From assembly GCA_021325635.1 (NCBI GenBank), contig JAJPGV010000018.1, positions 94,412 to 158,411 of the forward strand: a DNA stretch of 64,000 bases. The letters run 5' to 3'. Positions 29,879 to 39,115 of the stretch are shown here, piece after piece. How positions within the stretch are numbered: position 1 is the stretch's first letter; the number at the start of each line of letters is the position of its first letter. The notes under the pieces are model-generated. The model made no database searches. It was not told where the DNA came from and worked only from the letters and a program-made list of their open reading frames with translations. The stretch comes from Chloroflexota bacterium. GTDB taxonomy: Bacteria > Chloroflexota > JAJPGV01. The translations under genes and the position numbers were made by a program.

Positions 29879-32339
29879 GCAGCGACTTGTCGTCGTCGGC
29901 AACGGCATGGCCGGCGCCCGGACCGTAGAGGAGATCGTCGAACGCGGCGGCATGGAGCGCTACGACGTGACCATCTTCGGGGAGGAGCCGTACGGCAACT
30001 ACAACCGCATCCTCCTGTCGGAGGTGCTGAGCGGCAGCCACGATCCACAGGCGATTTTCATCAACGCCCTGGATTGGTACGCCGAGCGCGGCATCACCTT
30101 GCACGCCGGCGTCCCCGCCGACAACATCGATCGCGCCGATCGGGTGGTGCGCGGAGGGCTGGTGCATGAACCCTATGACGTCTTGATCCTGGCCACCGGC
30201 AGCCGCCCGCTGGTGCCGCGTCTGGACGGCCTGCACCGGGCCGACGGCAAGTGGAAGCAGGGCGTATTTGTGTTTCGCAGCCTGGATGATTGCAGCCGGA
30301 TCGCCGGCTACGCCAAGGGCCGCGCCCGAGCGGCGGTCATCGGCGGCGGACTCCTGGGACTCGAAGCTGCCCGTGGGCTGCTGACGCACCTGCCGGAGGT
30401 GCACGTGATCCAGCGCGAGAGCACGATCATGAACCTCCAGCTCGACTCGCGGGCTGGCCGGATGCTGCAGACAACGCTGCAGGACATGGGCATTCAGGTC
30501 CACACCGGCACCGCCACCACGGCCATGCTTGGCCGCGAGAAGGTGAGCGGGCTGCAATTCGAAAGCGGCGAAATCCTCGACTGCGACATGGTGGTCATGG
30601 CCTGCGGCATCTTGCCGAACGTGCAGCTGGCGCGCGACGCCGGATTGGCCGTCGAACGCGGCATCGTGGTGGATGACCAGATGCGCTGCGTCGACGATCC
30701 GAACGTCTACGCCGTCGGCGAGTGCGCCCAGCATCGCGGGCAGGTCTACGGCCTCGTGGCGCCGTTATGGGAGCAGGCCCGGGTGCTGGCCGAGCACCTC
30801 AGCGAAGCCAACCCGGCCGCCACGTATGAGGGCTCCCGCCTGTATACGCGGCTCAAGGTCATGGGCGTCGATCTGGCGACGATGGGCGCTAAGGACTCGG
30901 ATGACCCGGAGGACGAGGTCATCCTGTACAGCGAGCCCTCGCGCGGCGTGTACCAAAAGCTCATTGTTCGCGACAACCAGCTCGCCGGCGCCATCCTGCT
31001 GGGCGACACGGCCGCGGCGTCGTCGCTGGTGCAGCTGTTCGACCGCGGCACGCCGCTGCCCCAGCGGCGCGCCGATCTGCTGTTCCCGAGCGGGGCGACG
31101 CCTGCGGTCACCGCGCCCGAGCAGCTGCCCGACGACGTCCAGGTATGCAACTGCAATGGCGTTTCCAAGGGGACCATCGTGGCCAGCGTGAAGTCCGGCA
31201 AGAGGAGCCTGAGCGCGGTGTGCGCCGCCACGCGCGCCGGCACCGGCTGCGGCTCCTGCAAGGACCTTGTGCGGCGGATTACGGAGTGGGCCTCTGATGG
31301 GCAGCTGGAGGAGGACGTCACGGCCCATTACTACGTGCCGGGCGTGCCGCTGGCGAAACCCGAGCTGATTGCCGCTATCAAGGAGCTGGGCCTCAGGAGC
31401 GTCTCGGCGGTGTTCGGCGCCCTGACCGGCGGGCTCGAGGACGCCGGCAGCAAGACGGGCCTGGCCTCCCTGCTCAAGACGATTTGGGGCGCCGAGTACG
31501 AGGACGAGCGGGACGCTCGATTCATCAACGATCGGGTGCATGCCAACGTCCAGAAGGACTCGACCTTCAGCGTCGTGCCGCGCATCTATGGAGGCGTGAC
31601 CAGCTCGGCGCAGCTGCGCCGCATCGCGGACGTAGCCGACAAGTACAACGTCCGTATGGTCAAGATCACCGGCGGCCAGCGCATCGACCTGCTGGGCATC
31701 GCCAAAGAGGACCTGCCCGGGGCGTGGCAGGACCTGGACATGCCATCAGGCCATGCCTACACCAAGGCTTTCCGCACCTGCAAGACGTGTGTCGGTACCG
31801 ACTTCTGCCGCTATGGCCTGGGCGACAGCACGGCGCTGGGGATTGCCATCGAGAAACGCTTTCAGGGTATTGAGGCGCCGCACAAGATGAAGCTGGCAGC
31901 CACCGGCTGCCCGCGTAACTGCGCCGAGGCGACGACCAAGGACCTCGGCGCGATTGCCATCGAGGGGGGCAGGTGGGAGCTCTACATTGGCGGCGCCGCC
32001 GGATCAACGGTGCGCAAGGGCGACCTCCTGTGCACGGTCGATTCCCACGACGACGTACTGCGCTTCATGGGCCGCTTCATGCAGTACTACCGTGAGCAGG
32101 CGAAGTATCTCGAGCGCACGTATTCCTTTGTGGAGCGCATCGGGATTGAGCGGCTGCGACAGGCTCTGGTTGAAGACCGCGAATCGATCTGCCAGCGCCT
32201 CGATGCCGAGATCGAGGCGGCCGTCCGAGCCTACGAGGACCCCTGGCGTGAAGGTCGCGCTCCGCTGCACCGGCATCAGTTCGTATCCACGCTGCCCGCC
32301 GGCGACGCCGGCGAAAGGCTGGCGGCGGTGTCCGCCTGA
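29871..32339 (+). CDS. nirB: NAD(P)H-dependent nitrite reductase large subunit
   Basis: FAD/NAD Rossmann (VVVGNGMAGAR), a BFD-like [2Fe-2S] region (CNCNGVSKGT...C..C) and a siroheme/[4Fe-4S] domain. The TTG start overlaps the nasA stop; AGGAGGA RBS. Confidence 0.9.
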   Translation: MTKQRLVVVGNGMAGARTVEEIVERGGMERYDVTIFGEEPYGNYNRILLSEVLSGSHDPQAIFINALDWYAERGITLHAGVPADNIDRADRVVRGGLVHEPYDVLILATGSRPLVPRLDGLHRADGKWKQGVFVFRSLDDCSRIAGYAKGRARAAVIGGGLLGLEAARGLLTHLPEVHVIQRESTIMNLQLDSRAGRMLQTTLQDMGIQVHTGTATTAMLGREKVSGLQFESGEILDCDMVVMACGILPNVQLARDAGLAVERGIVVDDQMRCVDDPNVYAVGECAQHRGQVYGLVAPLWEQARVLAEHLSEANPAATYEGSRLYTRLKVMGVDLATMGAKDSDDPEDEVILYSEPSRGVYQKLIVRDNQLAGAILLGDTAAASSLVQLFDRGTPLPQRRADLLFPSGATPAVTAPEQLPDDVQVCNCNGVSKGTIVASVKSGKRSLSAVCAATRAGTGCGSCKDLVRRITEWASDGQLEEDVTAHYYVPGVPLAKPELIAAIKELGLRSVSAVFGALTGGLEDAGSKTGLASLLKTIWGAEYEDERDARFINDRVHANVQKDSTFSVVPRIYGGVTSSAQLRRIADVADKYNVRMVKITGGQRIDLLGIAKEDLPGAWQDLDMPSGHAYTKAFRTCKTCVGTDFCRYGLGDSTALGIAIEKRFQGIEAPHKMKLAATGCPRNCAEATTKDLGAIAIEGGRWELYIGGAAGSTVRKGDLLCTVDSHDDVLRFMGRFMQYYREQAKYLERTYSFVERIGIERLRQALVEDRESICQRLDAEIEAAVRAYEDPWREGRAPLHRHQFVSTLPAGDAGERLAAVSA

Positions 32340-32340
32340 C

Positions 32341-32703
32341 ATGATGAGAGTGCTGCCCAACCAGCGGCAACCCGCCGCCGTTCGCTCCGAGGGCGCGTTC
32401 AACCTCGGCCCGCCGGGTCAAATCCCCATTGGTGAAGCACGGGAATTCGACCTTCCTGGCCAGCGCGTCGCGGTGTATCACGCTAGGGATGGCCGGCTGT
32501 ATGCTACCCAAGCCAGCTGCCCGCACCTGGGGGGCAAGCTGGCCGACGGCGTGGTGGGCGGAGCCGTGGTGATCTGTCCGTTGCACGGCTACCGATACGA
32601 CCTGCGCGATGGTCGTGTGCTGAATGGCGCATGCGACAGGCTGCGGACGTTTCCGGTGTGGCTGTCGACGGGCGGCGACGTGATGGTGCAGCTGGAGGTA
32701 TGA
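32341..32703 (+). CDS. nirD: nitrite reductase small subunit (Rieske-like)
   Basis: 120 aa with CPHLGGKL...CPLHGYRYDL. Starts 2 nt after the nirB stop. Confidence 0.8.
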   Translation: MMRVLPNQRQPAAVRSEGAFNLGPPGQIPIGEAREFDLPGQRVAVYHARDGRLYATQASCPHLGGKLADGVVGGAVVICPLHGYRYDLRDGRVLNGACDRLRTFPVWLSTGGDVMVQLEV

Positions 32704-33497
32704 GCCCTTGGCCCGCGGGCCGCTTCCTGCTGTTGACTGCGCCGTCCCCAGCCAGCGAGGTGGGTTTGCGACTGGCCGACGGATTGCGGCAGATTGGCGC
32801 TCAAATCGACGTCGCGCCGTTCGACCGCGAGGATGCTGTCCGGTTCGCGCTCGATCGGCAGTCGCCGGACGCCGTGCTGCTGGAGCTGACGGCTGCTTCA
32901 GGAGTGCTGCCGGCTCAGCACGTCCGGCACATCGAATGGACGGAGTGCGGGACACGGGCTCATCCGATCCTGGCGCTGATCCACGAGCGACACCTGGCCA
33001 TGCCCGAACTGGCCACGCTGGTCGACGATTTCCTCCTTCCGCCGTACCGGCCTTCGGAGGTGGCTCTGCGCCTGACCCTCATCAGACAGCGCCGAGGCGC
33101 CGCGGCGGGACGAGTCGTGCACGTCGGCGGGCTGGAAATCGATCTCGCTCAGCGCCGGGTCAGCGTTCCGGGCTGCGACGAGCCCGTGCTCCTCACCCCG
33201 CGTGAGTACGAGCTGCTGGCCTTCCTGGCGGCGCACAGAGGCATGACCTTCACTCGCAAGATGCTCCTGGCACAGGTCTGGGGTCAGGACTACGAAGGCG
33301 GACCGCGAACCGTGGACATTCACGTTCGACGCCTGCGAGCCAAGATCCCTTCCGGCATGGGCGACTGCATCGAGACGGTTCGCTACGTCGGCTACCGGCT
33401 GGTGGAGACTCCTGGCCCGATCGTGCTTGCAGACGGCACTTCGGCACCTGCCGAGTCTCGCGTTGGCGAGGCCGGGCCTCGTTTAATCCAGCCTTAG
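32700..33497 (+). CDS. OmpR/PhoB-type winged-helix regulator with a degenerate receiver domain (orphan, GlnR-like)
   Basis: C-terminal trans_reg_C pattern (LTPREYELLAFLAAHRGMTFTRKMLLAQVWG...VDIHVRRLRAKI...VRYVGYRL). The N-terminal receiver-like region lacks a clean acidic pocket. The ATG overlaps the nirD stop (ATGA). Confidence 0.6.
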   Translation: MSPWPAGRFLLLTAPSPASEVGLRLADGLRQIGAQIDVAPFDREDAVRFALDRQSPDAVLLELTAASGVLPAQHVRHIEWTECGTRAHPILALIHERHLAMPELATLVDDFLLPPYRPSEVALRLTLIRQRRGAAAGRVVHVGGLEIDLAQRRVSVPGCDEPVLLTPREYELLAFLAAHRGMTFTRKMLLAQVWGQDYEGGPRTVDIHVRRLRAKIPSGMGDCIETVRYVGYRLVETPGPIVLADGTSAPAESRVGEAGPRLIQP

Positions 33498-33873
33498 CGA
33501 GGCTGACTGTGGCCGTGGAGCTGCGCGGCCACCTGAGCGTGGTCCTGACCGCGGGTGGCGGGCTGACGGTGTGCAGCACGACCATGCGGGTGGAGGCCTT
33601 GACGCCACGCCGCTGGCCTGCCGGCACGAAGCCAATGCTGCCCGGACGCAGCGGCTCCTCCTGATTTTCGCTGACAAGCGCACCTTCGCCTTCGATGACC
33701 ACCAGCGCCATGTCAACGCTCGGCTCGTGAGCCGGAATGGACTGACCAGCTTCCAAACAGACCAGCACCACCTTCATCCGCTCACTCTGAGCCAGGCCAA
33801 TGGGGTTGAAGTGCTCGGTTTGGAAAGCGGCGAGGTCGGCGTAGTGACCGATGAAAGGCCTAGCGTCGTTCAT
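33250..33873 (-). CDS. cupin-domain protein (C-terminal portion doubtful)
   Basis: The N-terminal ~115 aa show a cupin_2 pattern (VVLVCLEAGQSIPAHEP...ALVVIEGEG). The ORF then continues ~90 aa of R-rich low complexity, antisense to the regulator gene. Confidence 0.45.
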   Translation of the reverse strand: MNDARPFIGHYADLAAFQTEHFNPIGLAQSERMKVVLVCLEAGQSIPAHEPSVDMALVVIEGEGALVSENQEEPLRPGSIGFVPAGQRRGVKASTRMVVLHTVSPPPAVRTTLRWPRSSTATVSLAKAGLNEARPRQRETRQVPKCRLQARSGQESPPAGSRRSEPSRCSRPCRKGSWLAGVERECPRFAVRLRSPDPRPVPGASCE

Positions 33874-34011
33874 GAGTGAATCCCTCGCGTGAGTTGATGT
33901 GCCGCTGGGCGAGCAGCCTCTGCCGGCTGAGGGGCCTGCCCAATTACCTCCCGATTGGCAGCTCAGGCGTATCGCCCACAAGCCACGTTAGCGCTGGAAG
34001 ACGTCGAGCTT

Positions 34012-34055
34012 CAGGGACTTGGGTTCCTTTCCGGTAAAAGGAACCCAAGTCCCTG
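34012..34055. promoter_or_regulatory. 19-bp perfect inverted repeat CAGGGACTTGGGTTCCTTT-ccggta-AAAGGAACCCAAGTCCCTG
   Basis: Lies in the divergent region between the cupin gene and the hemerythrin gene, ~100 nt upstream of the hemerythrin ATG. Confidence 0.5.
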
Positions 34056-34154
34056 TGCGTCGTGTCCCGTTGCGGCAGATTAGTGGAAAGAAAAGCGTGG
34101 TGACGACAGCGCCGGCAAAAGCGGCCTGGCCGGCACCGACTCAAGGAGCGATCT

Positions 34155-34781
34155 ATGGAAACCACCAAGACCTTGCAGGCAGAGCACAACGCGGTGCTCC
34201 ACGTCCTCGATCAGCTCGAACATGCGGCCGAAGCCGCGGCGGGCGGCCAGCCGGTGCCGGCCAACGTGTTCGCCGACATCGAAGAGTTTTTCCGCGTGTT
34301 CGTCGATCGCTGCCATCACGGCAAAGAAGAGCTCGTGCTGTTCCCAAAACTCATGCAAACTGGCTTGCCAGCCGCGCTCGAGATGCAGCACGAGGAGGGC
34401 CGCCAGCTTGCCAAGGCCTACGCGTTGGCGGCCGAAAGGTACGTCGCCGGCAGCCGAGCCAGCGCGGTTGCGCTGCAGCGAGCGGCCGCGGACTATGAAG
34501 CGCTGTTGCGCAGCCATATTGATATGGAGAACGCGGGGCTCCTACCAGCCATCGAACGGGACCTGAGTGCGCAGGACCAGGAACTGGCCGACGCGTTCGA
34601 ACAGATCGAAACGGAACGCATCGGCGCCGGCACGCACGAGCGGCTGCACCACATGATCGAAACGCTGGCCGGTCGCATCAGCCCGTTCCTATCCGCTTCT
34701 GGCCCGGTTCGCGTGGACGTCTCCGAACCTGGGCCCCAGGCATCGCTGCTTCCGCACGGCTCGAAAAAGGAACAGTCCTGA
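34155..34781 (+). CDS. hemerythrin HHE cation-binding domain protein
   Basis: H...HxxxE...H...H..D pattern (AEHNAVLHVLDQLEH; FVDRCHHGKEELVLFP; HIDMENAGLLP; HERLHHMIE). Confidence 0.7.
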   Translation: METTKTLQAEHNAVLHVLDQLEHAAEAAAGGQPVPANVFADIEEFFRVFVDRCHHGKEELVLFPKLMQTGLPAALEMQHEEGRQLAKAYALAAERYVAGSRASAVALQRAAADYEALLRSHIDMENAGLLPAIERDLSAQDQELADAFEQIETERIGAGTHERLHHMIETLAGRISPFLSASGPVRVDVSEPGPQASLLPHGSKKEQS

Positions 34782-34952
34782 CACTGTAACCGTCCGCCTG
34801 GACGGTGGTGCCCGTTCACTTCGGTCGGGCCCGGAATAAGGAGCCAGCCTGCATGCCGGGGCACGCCGTTGCGGCGCGGGCCCGTGGCGGCCCGCCGTGG
34901 CTGTTCGCCATTGGAGCATCGGCTGGGGATGAGTCCCATGCAACGGGATGGC

Positions 34953-35570
34953 TCAGCGACGCTCGACCGGTTGGCGGATGATCGTTTTCAGTCGTTCTGG
35001 CGTAGCGCGCCGCGGGTCGCCCAGGTAGATTTCGTGATGCTTGCCACGCGGCGCGTAACCGCGCTCCTCGATGAACGCGAGCAGACAGCGAATGGTGGGC
35101 GGCTCCGCCGCGTAGGGGCCGATGTGGAGGACCTGCGCCGAGAGACCCTCAGCCCAGCGCTGCAGTCGCAGCTCCCGTGCGGTCGGAAGGCTCTTCTTGC
35201 CGGCCACGTCGGCCGCCCATGCCTCGACCATCTCGGCGGTGACTTCGAATGGCTGCTTGATCATCGCCGTCCACTCCCAGGCTGCCTTGTCGTCCATGTC
35301 CAAGCCAGCCATACCCCCCATCCACCACAGTCCCTCGAGGGGTGGAACCTTGTAGTCCGGCCCACCGCTTCGTTTCAGCGCGAATTTCAGTGCGTAAGAG
35401 ACCCCGTACAGCGCCTGGATGGCTTCCTGAAACCGGGGGGATACGTTGGGATCGCCATGTCCGTCGATCATCAGGAAATTGAGCTCGGGAACGTCGATCA
35501 GCTCTGGGCTTGGTCCGGCCCGGTACAGCCGGTCGACCTCGATCCCCCTTTCGGTCGTGATTGCTGTCAT
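34953..35570 (-). CDS. GyrI-like small-molecule-binding domain protein
   Basis: 205 aa with a GyrI-like effector-binding pattern (HIGPY...). Confidence 0.6.
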   Translation of the reverse strand: MTAITTERGIEVDRLYRAGPSPELIDVPELNFLMIDGHGDPNVSPRFQEAIQALYGVSYALKFALKRSGGPDYKVPPLEGLWWMGGMAGLDMDDKAAWEWTAMIKQPFEVTAEMVEAWAADVAGKKSLPTARELRLQRWAEGLSAQVLHIGPYAAEPPTIRCLLAFIEERGYAPRGKHHEIYLGDPRRATPERLKTIIRQPVERR

Positions 35571-35917
35571 GCTGGCACCCCCCGCCCTTCAGGCTCCGCG
35601 GCATTGGCCCCGTGTTTCACCGTTCCGATGCACGTAGCCGAGCAGCCTTGGGCAAGGCGCGCCAGGTTGACGCACCTGTTCACGCCCACGGCCTTCGGCG
35701 TGGGCGTGAACAGGTGCGAGTCCTCGGGGGCCCAGTAGGCGCTCCGCAGACGCTGCGGGGTCGGCGGACGAAACTCGTAGGGGATCCGGCCCCACAACTG
35801 CCCGTGCCAGGTTCGCCGTCCAGCAGGCTTTCGCAGCTCTTGCGCGACCGCAAGTCCAACCAGCGCCGCGCCAACCACCGACACCAGCCCACGAAGCTTC
35901 TTGGCTTTCGTTCTCAT
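35567..35917 (-). CDS. small membrane-anchored hypothetical protein
   Basis: Start chosen at MRTKAKKLRG (GGAGGT RBS). One TM helix. Overlaps the GyrI-like gene's start by 4 nt. Confidence 0.35.
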   Translation of the reverse strand: MRTKAKKLRGLVSVVGAALVGLAVAQELRKPAGRRTWHGQLWGRIPYEFRPPTPQRLRSAYWAPEDSHLFTPTPKAVGVNRCVNLARLAQGCSATCIGTVKHGANAAEPEGRGVPA

Positions 35918-35966
35918 GTCGCAATACCTCCGATTCGAACTTCGAGCGGCCTGCGTGCTCCGGTCG

Positions 35967-37694
35967 CTAGTCACCGTCCAGCGCCTGTGTGCGGGTGCGC
36001 TTCTCGAAGGGGTAGATGCGGCCGCGTTCAGCGCCGAGAATCACCAGCTCGCCATCGGCCCGCCCCTCCGACTCCAGGCGGGCCGCCGCTTCGGCCAGCG
36101 CTTTTACCTCCAGGCTGGCTCCTTGAGCTGGGCCGCGTACCTCGCCTAGCAGCCGCACTTCGGCGACGCCTTCTCGCTCGAGCTCTTCCAGGGCAGACCT
36201 CGCGCCTGGCTCTAGCAGCACGAACAGGTGCGGACGTCTTGTGACCGCGCGCGACCAGATGAGGTCGCGGCGCAGGATCAGCGCGTGGTAGCCAGCCAAT
36301 GCGCCACACACCAGTGTTGTCGCCAGGTACTCGAAGGCGCTGGTGACGACCGGCGTGGAGGCTGGCTCGCCCAGCGCCAGGCGCAGGGTCAGCCACAGCA
36401 ACGCCACCAAGAAGCCAAGCGCTGCCAGGGCCGCGCCTAGGACAATGGATCCCAGGTACAGCTTCCGAGCAAGCGTGGCGCGCTCGACTTCGGGCTGCGC
36501 GGTCGCCGCCTTCTCGAGCCGTGACCATCCGCCCAGCCAGACCAGAGTTCCGATGACGCCGCCGGCCAGGCTCAGGCTCAGGCGATCCCGCCACCAATCC
36601 GGGCCTGACATCAACGAGACGTTGTTGAGGGCAAAATCGAGGGCGACCCAGATCAGGCCCACGAAGGCAGGCGTCGCGGCGGCAATGCCGAGCAGCGACA
36701 GCAGCGCGATTGCGGGCCGGCGTGGCCAGGGGACCACGGCGGTGTCGTCGGCCGCGGCTTGCCGCCTGAGGACCAACCAGTGGTACGCCCACACCGCTCC
36801 GCCAACGACGAACAGCGGGAGTGAGACCTGCAGGAAGTCCCAACTTCCAACCGCCATCCTGAAGCCGAGAGCCTTTCGCAGTAGCTCATAAGCCCCATAG
36901 GCAGCGCCGCCGAGGAAAGCCGGCGCCGCCACCATGAGGACCACGTAGAGGTACACGACCCGCCATATTCGCCGTCCTGCGCGCCTGAGGTCATACAACC
37001 ACACCAGGCCCCACACTATTCCGCCCGACAGGATCCAGGCGGCAATGGCTCCCCAAACGGTGAGGGGCAGACGCTCGGGACCGGCCAGCAGCACCCGTCC
37101 CGCCTCCGGCGCAATGACCAGGGTGCGCACGAGCTCGCCTATGGACTGCCCGACGCCCGACACGAGGAATCCCAGCGAGAAGCCCGTCAGCACGTACACG
37201 GCCACGTCATGCAGCCGATCTGCGCGGGTGTCTTGCTCCGAGCTAATCGCCTTGAAGCCCAACCAAGCCCCGCCATACACGGCCAGTCTCACCATCGCCT
37301 GTATGCCTGCCGGCCACGATGGCTGGCTGAGCGCTGTGCCGGGCAGCGTGAGCGCGAAGATCAGCGCGCCGCACAGACCATACAGGGCTACGACAGCCGT
37401 TGTGCCGAACACGGCGGCCAGGAACAGCCGCCGCATAAAAGCGGCTCGTTCCTCCGCCGATGCGGCTGCCAGCCGCTGAGCCCACAGCCAATGACCGGCC
37501 GTCACCGGCAGGGAAATGATGATCGCCGCCAGGTAGAAGCTCGCCTGCTGCCGCACGTCGCCCGCCACGAGCGTCGCGTCGGGCAGCGTCAACGTGACCA
37601 GCCCCAGGGCTGCGAGCCCGGATACCCCTACCAACAGCGTGATCAGGCCGGCAAAGGCCATCACATAGAGGTAGATGCGTCGTGCTTGTGCCAT
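35967..37694 (-). CDS. large polytopic membrane protein (~12+ TM) with a soluble C-terminal domain
   Basis: 576 aa from MAQARRIYLY. Many hydrophobic helices and an ~120-aa charged C-terminal tail. Confidence 0.55.
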   Translation of the reverse strand: MAQARRIYLYVMAFAGLITLLVGVSGLAALGLVTLTLPDATLVAGDVRQQASFYLAAIIISLPVTAGHWLWAQRLAAASAEERAAFMRRLFLAAVFGTTAVVALYGLCGALIFALTLPGTALSQPSWPAGIQAMVRLAVYGGAWLGFKAISSEQDTRADRLHDVAVYVLTGFSLGFLVSGVGQSIGELVRTLVIAPEAGRVLLAGPERLPLTVWGAIAAWILSGGIVWGLVWLYDLRRAGRRIWRVVYLYVVLMVAAPAFLGGAAYGAYELLRKALGFRMAVGSWDFLQVSLPLFVVGGAVWAYHWLVLRRQAAADDTAVVPWPRRPAIALLSLLGIAAATPAFVGLIWVALDFALNNVSLMSGPDWWRDRLSLSLAGGVIGTLVWLGGWSRLEKAATAQPEVERATLARKLYLGSIVLGAALAALGFLVALLWLTLRLALGEPASTPVVTSAFEYLATTLVCGALAGYHALILRRDLIWSRAVTRRPHLFVLLEPGARSALEELEREGVAEVRLLGEVRGPAQGASLEVKALAEAAARLESEGRADGELVILGAERGRIYPFEKRTRTQALDGD

Positions 37695-37695
37695 G

Positions 37696-38184
37696 TCAAA
37701 ACGACATGTACGTCGGTCCGGTGATGGTCCAGGCGCCATCCCGCCGGCTGAGCGTGAATGTCTGCTGGACCGTTCTATCCGCGGCTGGGAAGAGATCGGG
37801 CCGGAATGTCGAGATCTCCACTGTCACACTGGCGTTGTCACCGCTGACGCTGCTGCGCAGGAGCGTGACGCGATGCGGGGACTGACTCCAGGCATCGAAG
37901 CGCTCGTGGAATTGCTCACGGGTCACCGCCTCGTGGAACGGTGGGCCGGTCTCCAGCGCGGCCATGCCAAACGCCTCGTCCACCTGCCCGTTTTGCAGCA
38001 GCCCCAAGTAGGATGTGACCGCCGCTTCAGGACTTCCCGGCGCGAACGACGCTTGTGGCTGCCGCGCCGCGAGAAGCGCTACGAGCAGTCCTGCCAGCAG
38101 CAGGACGCACGCACCCGCCAACAACAGCGTGAGCGCCCCAACGCCGCGCCAATGCGGTCTGGACTGGATACCTGTCGCAGCCAA
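37696..38184 (-). CDS. membrane-anchored hypothetical protein
   Basis: Probable TTG start 6 nt after AAGGAG. One TM followed by a soluble domain. Its stop lies 1 nt from the downstream gene's ATG. Confidence 0.4.
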   Translation of the reverse strand: MAATGIQSRPHWRGVGALTLLLAGACVLLLAGLLVALLAARQPQASFAPGSPEAAVTSYLGLLQNGQVDEAFGMAALETGPPFHEAVTREQFHERFDAWSQSPHRVTLLRSSVSGDNASVTVEISTFRPDLFPAADRTVQQTFTLSRRDGAWTITGPTYMSF

Positions 38185-38338
38185 GAGCGGCTCCTTGGGC
38201 TTTCTAGGGATGGCTCCAAGTTGAGATTGCCGCGAGAACGCTAAATGAGCTGCAACAACGCCGTGAACGATGCGGATACGCGCTTTGAGCGGCCATGCCG
38301 GCTGGTACCGTCCTTGCGGCGGCAGCCAGGAAGAGCAC

Positions 38339-38953
38339 ATGGCGCAGCTGGAGATCGAAGAGCCAACGATCACTCGCCTCCTCTTCGCCGACACGCGATC
38401 GGCCTGGTTCTGGCTGATCGTTCGTTGGTACATGGCCTACGAGTGGATAGGCGCATCGGTGGAAAAGCTGCAGAGTCCGGCATGGACGGGCTCGAACGCG
38501 GGCGCCGCGATCACCTCGTTCGCCAACGGGGCGCTGCGGAAGAGCACAGGCGATCATCCGGATGTGACCGGCTGGTACGCCGCCATCCTTCGCGACTTCG
38601 TCATCCCGAACGCCGCTGCCTGGAGCTGGGCCATCACTTTGGGCGAGCTGGCTGTTGGTATCGGCTTGGCGCTGGGCATGTTCACTGGCATCGCTGCCTT
38701 CTTTGGCGGCTTGATGAACGCCAACTACCTGCTGTCCGGCACCGTGAGCAGCAACCCGATCCTCTTCATCTTATCGACGTGGGTGGTGTTGGCCTGGCGT
38801 GTTGCCGGTTGGATTGGGCTCGACCGTTGGATTCTGCCGGCCCTGGGCGTGCCTGGTCATCCGGGAGCTCTTTTCACCAGACGCGCCTGGCCGGCGCACG
38901 AGCAGCGACGAATCAGGGAGCCGGTGTCCGAGCGGCCTACGCGGGCACGCTGA
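38339..38953 (+). CDS. DoxX-like membrane protein
   Basis: DoxX/DoxD-like N-terminal pattern with 4 TM. Confidence 0.45.
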   Translation: MAQLEIEEPTITRLLFADTRSAWFWLIVRWYMAYEWIGASVEKLQSPAWTGSNAGAAITSFANGALRKSTGDHPDVTGWYAAILRDFVIPNAAAWSWAITLGELAVGIGLALGMFTGIAAFFGGLMNANYLLSGTVSSNPILFILSTWVVLAWRVAGWIGLDRWILPALGVPGHPGALFTRRAWPAHEQRRIREPVSERPTRAR

Positions 38954-39115
38954 GCCGGAGCGCTCGAAATCGCGCGAGCCGAAACCATTACTCAGCGTTT
39001 TGCCGAACTTGACGCGCCTTTGATGACAGCTTCCGCAGACTGAAAGCTGAACTCTGGTCTCAGGGCAGCCGATGCTGCGTGTCGGACTCGCCCGCGAGCG
39101 AAAGCGAGAAGAACG

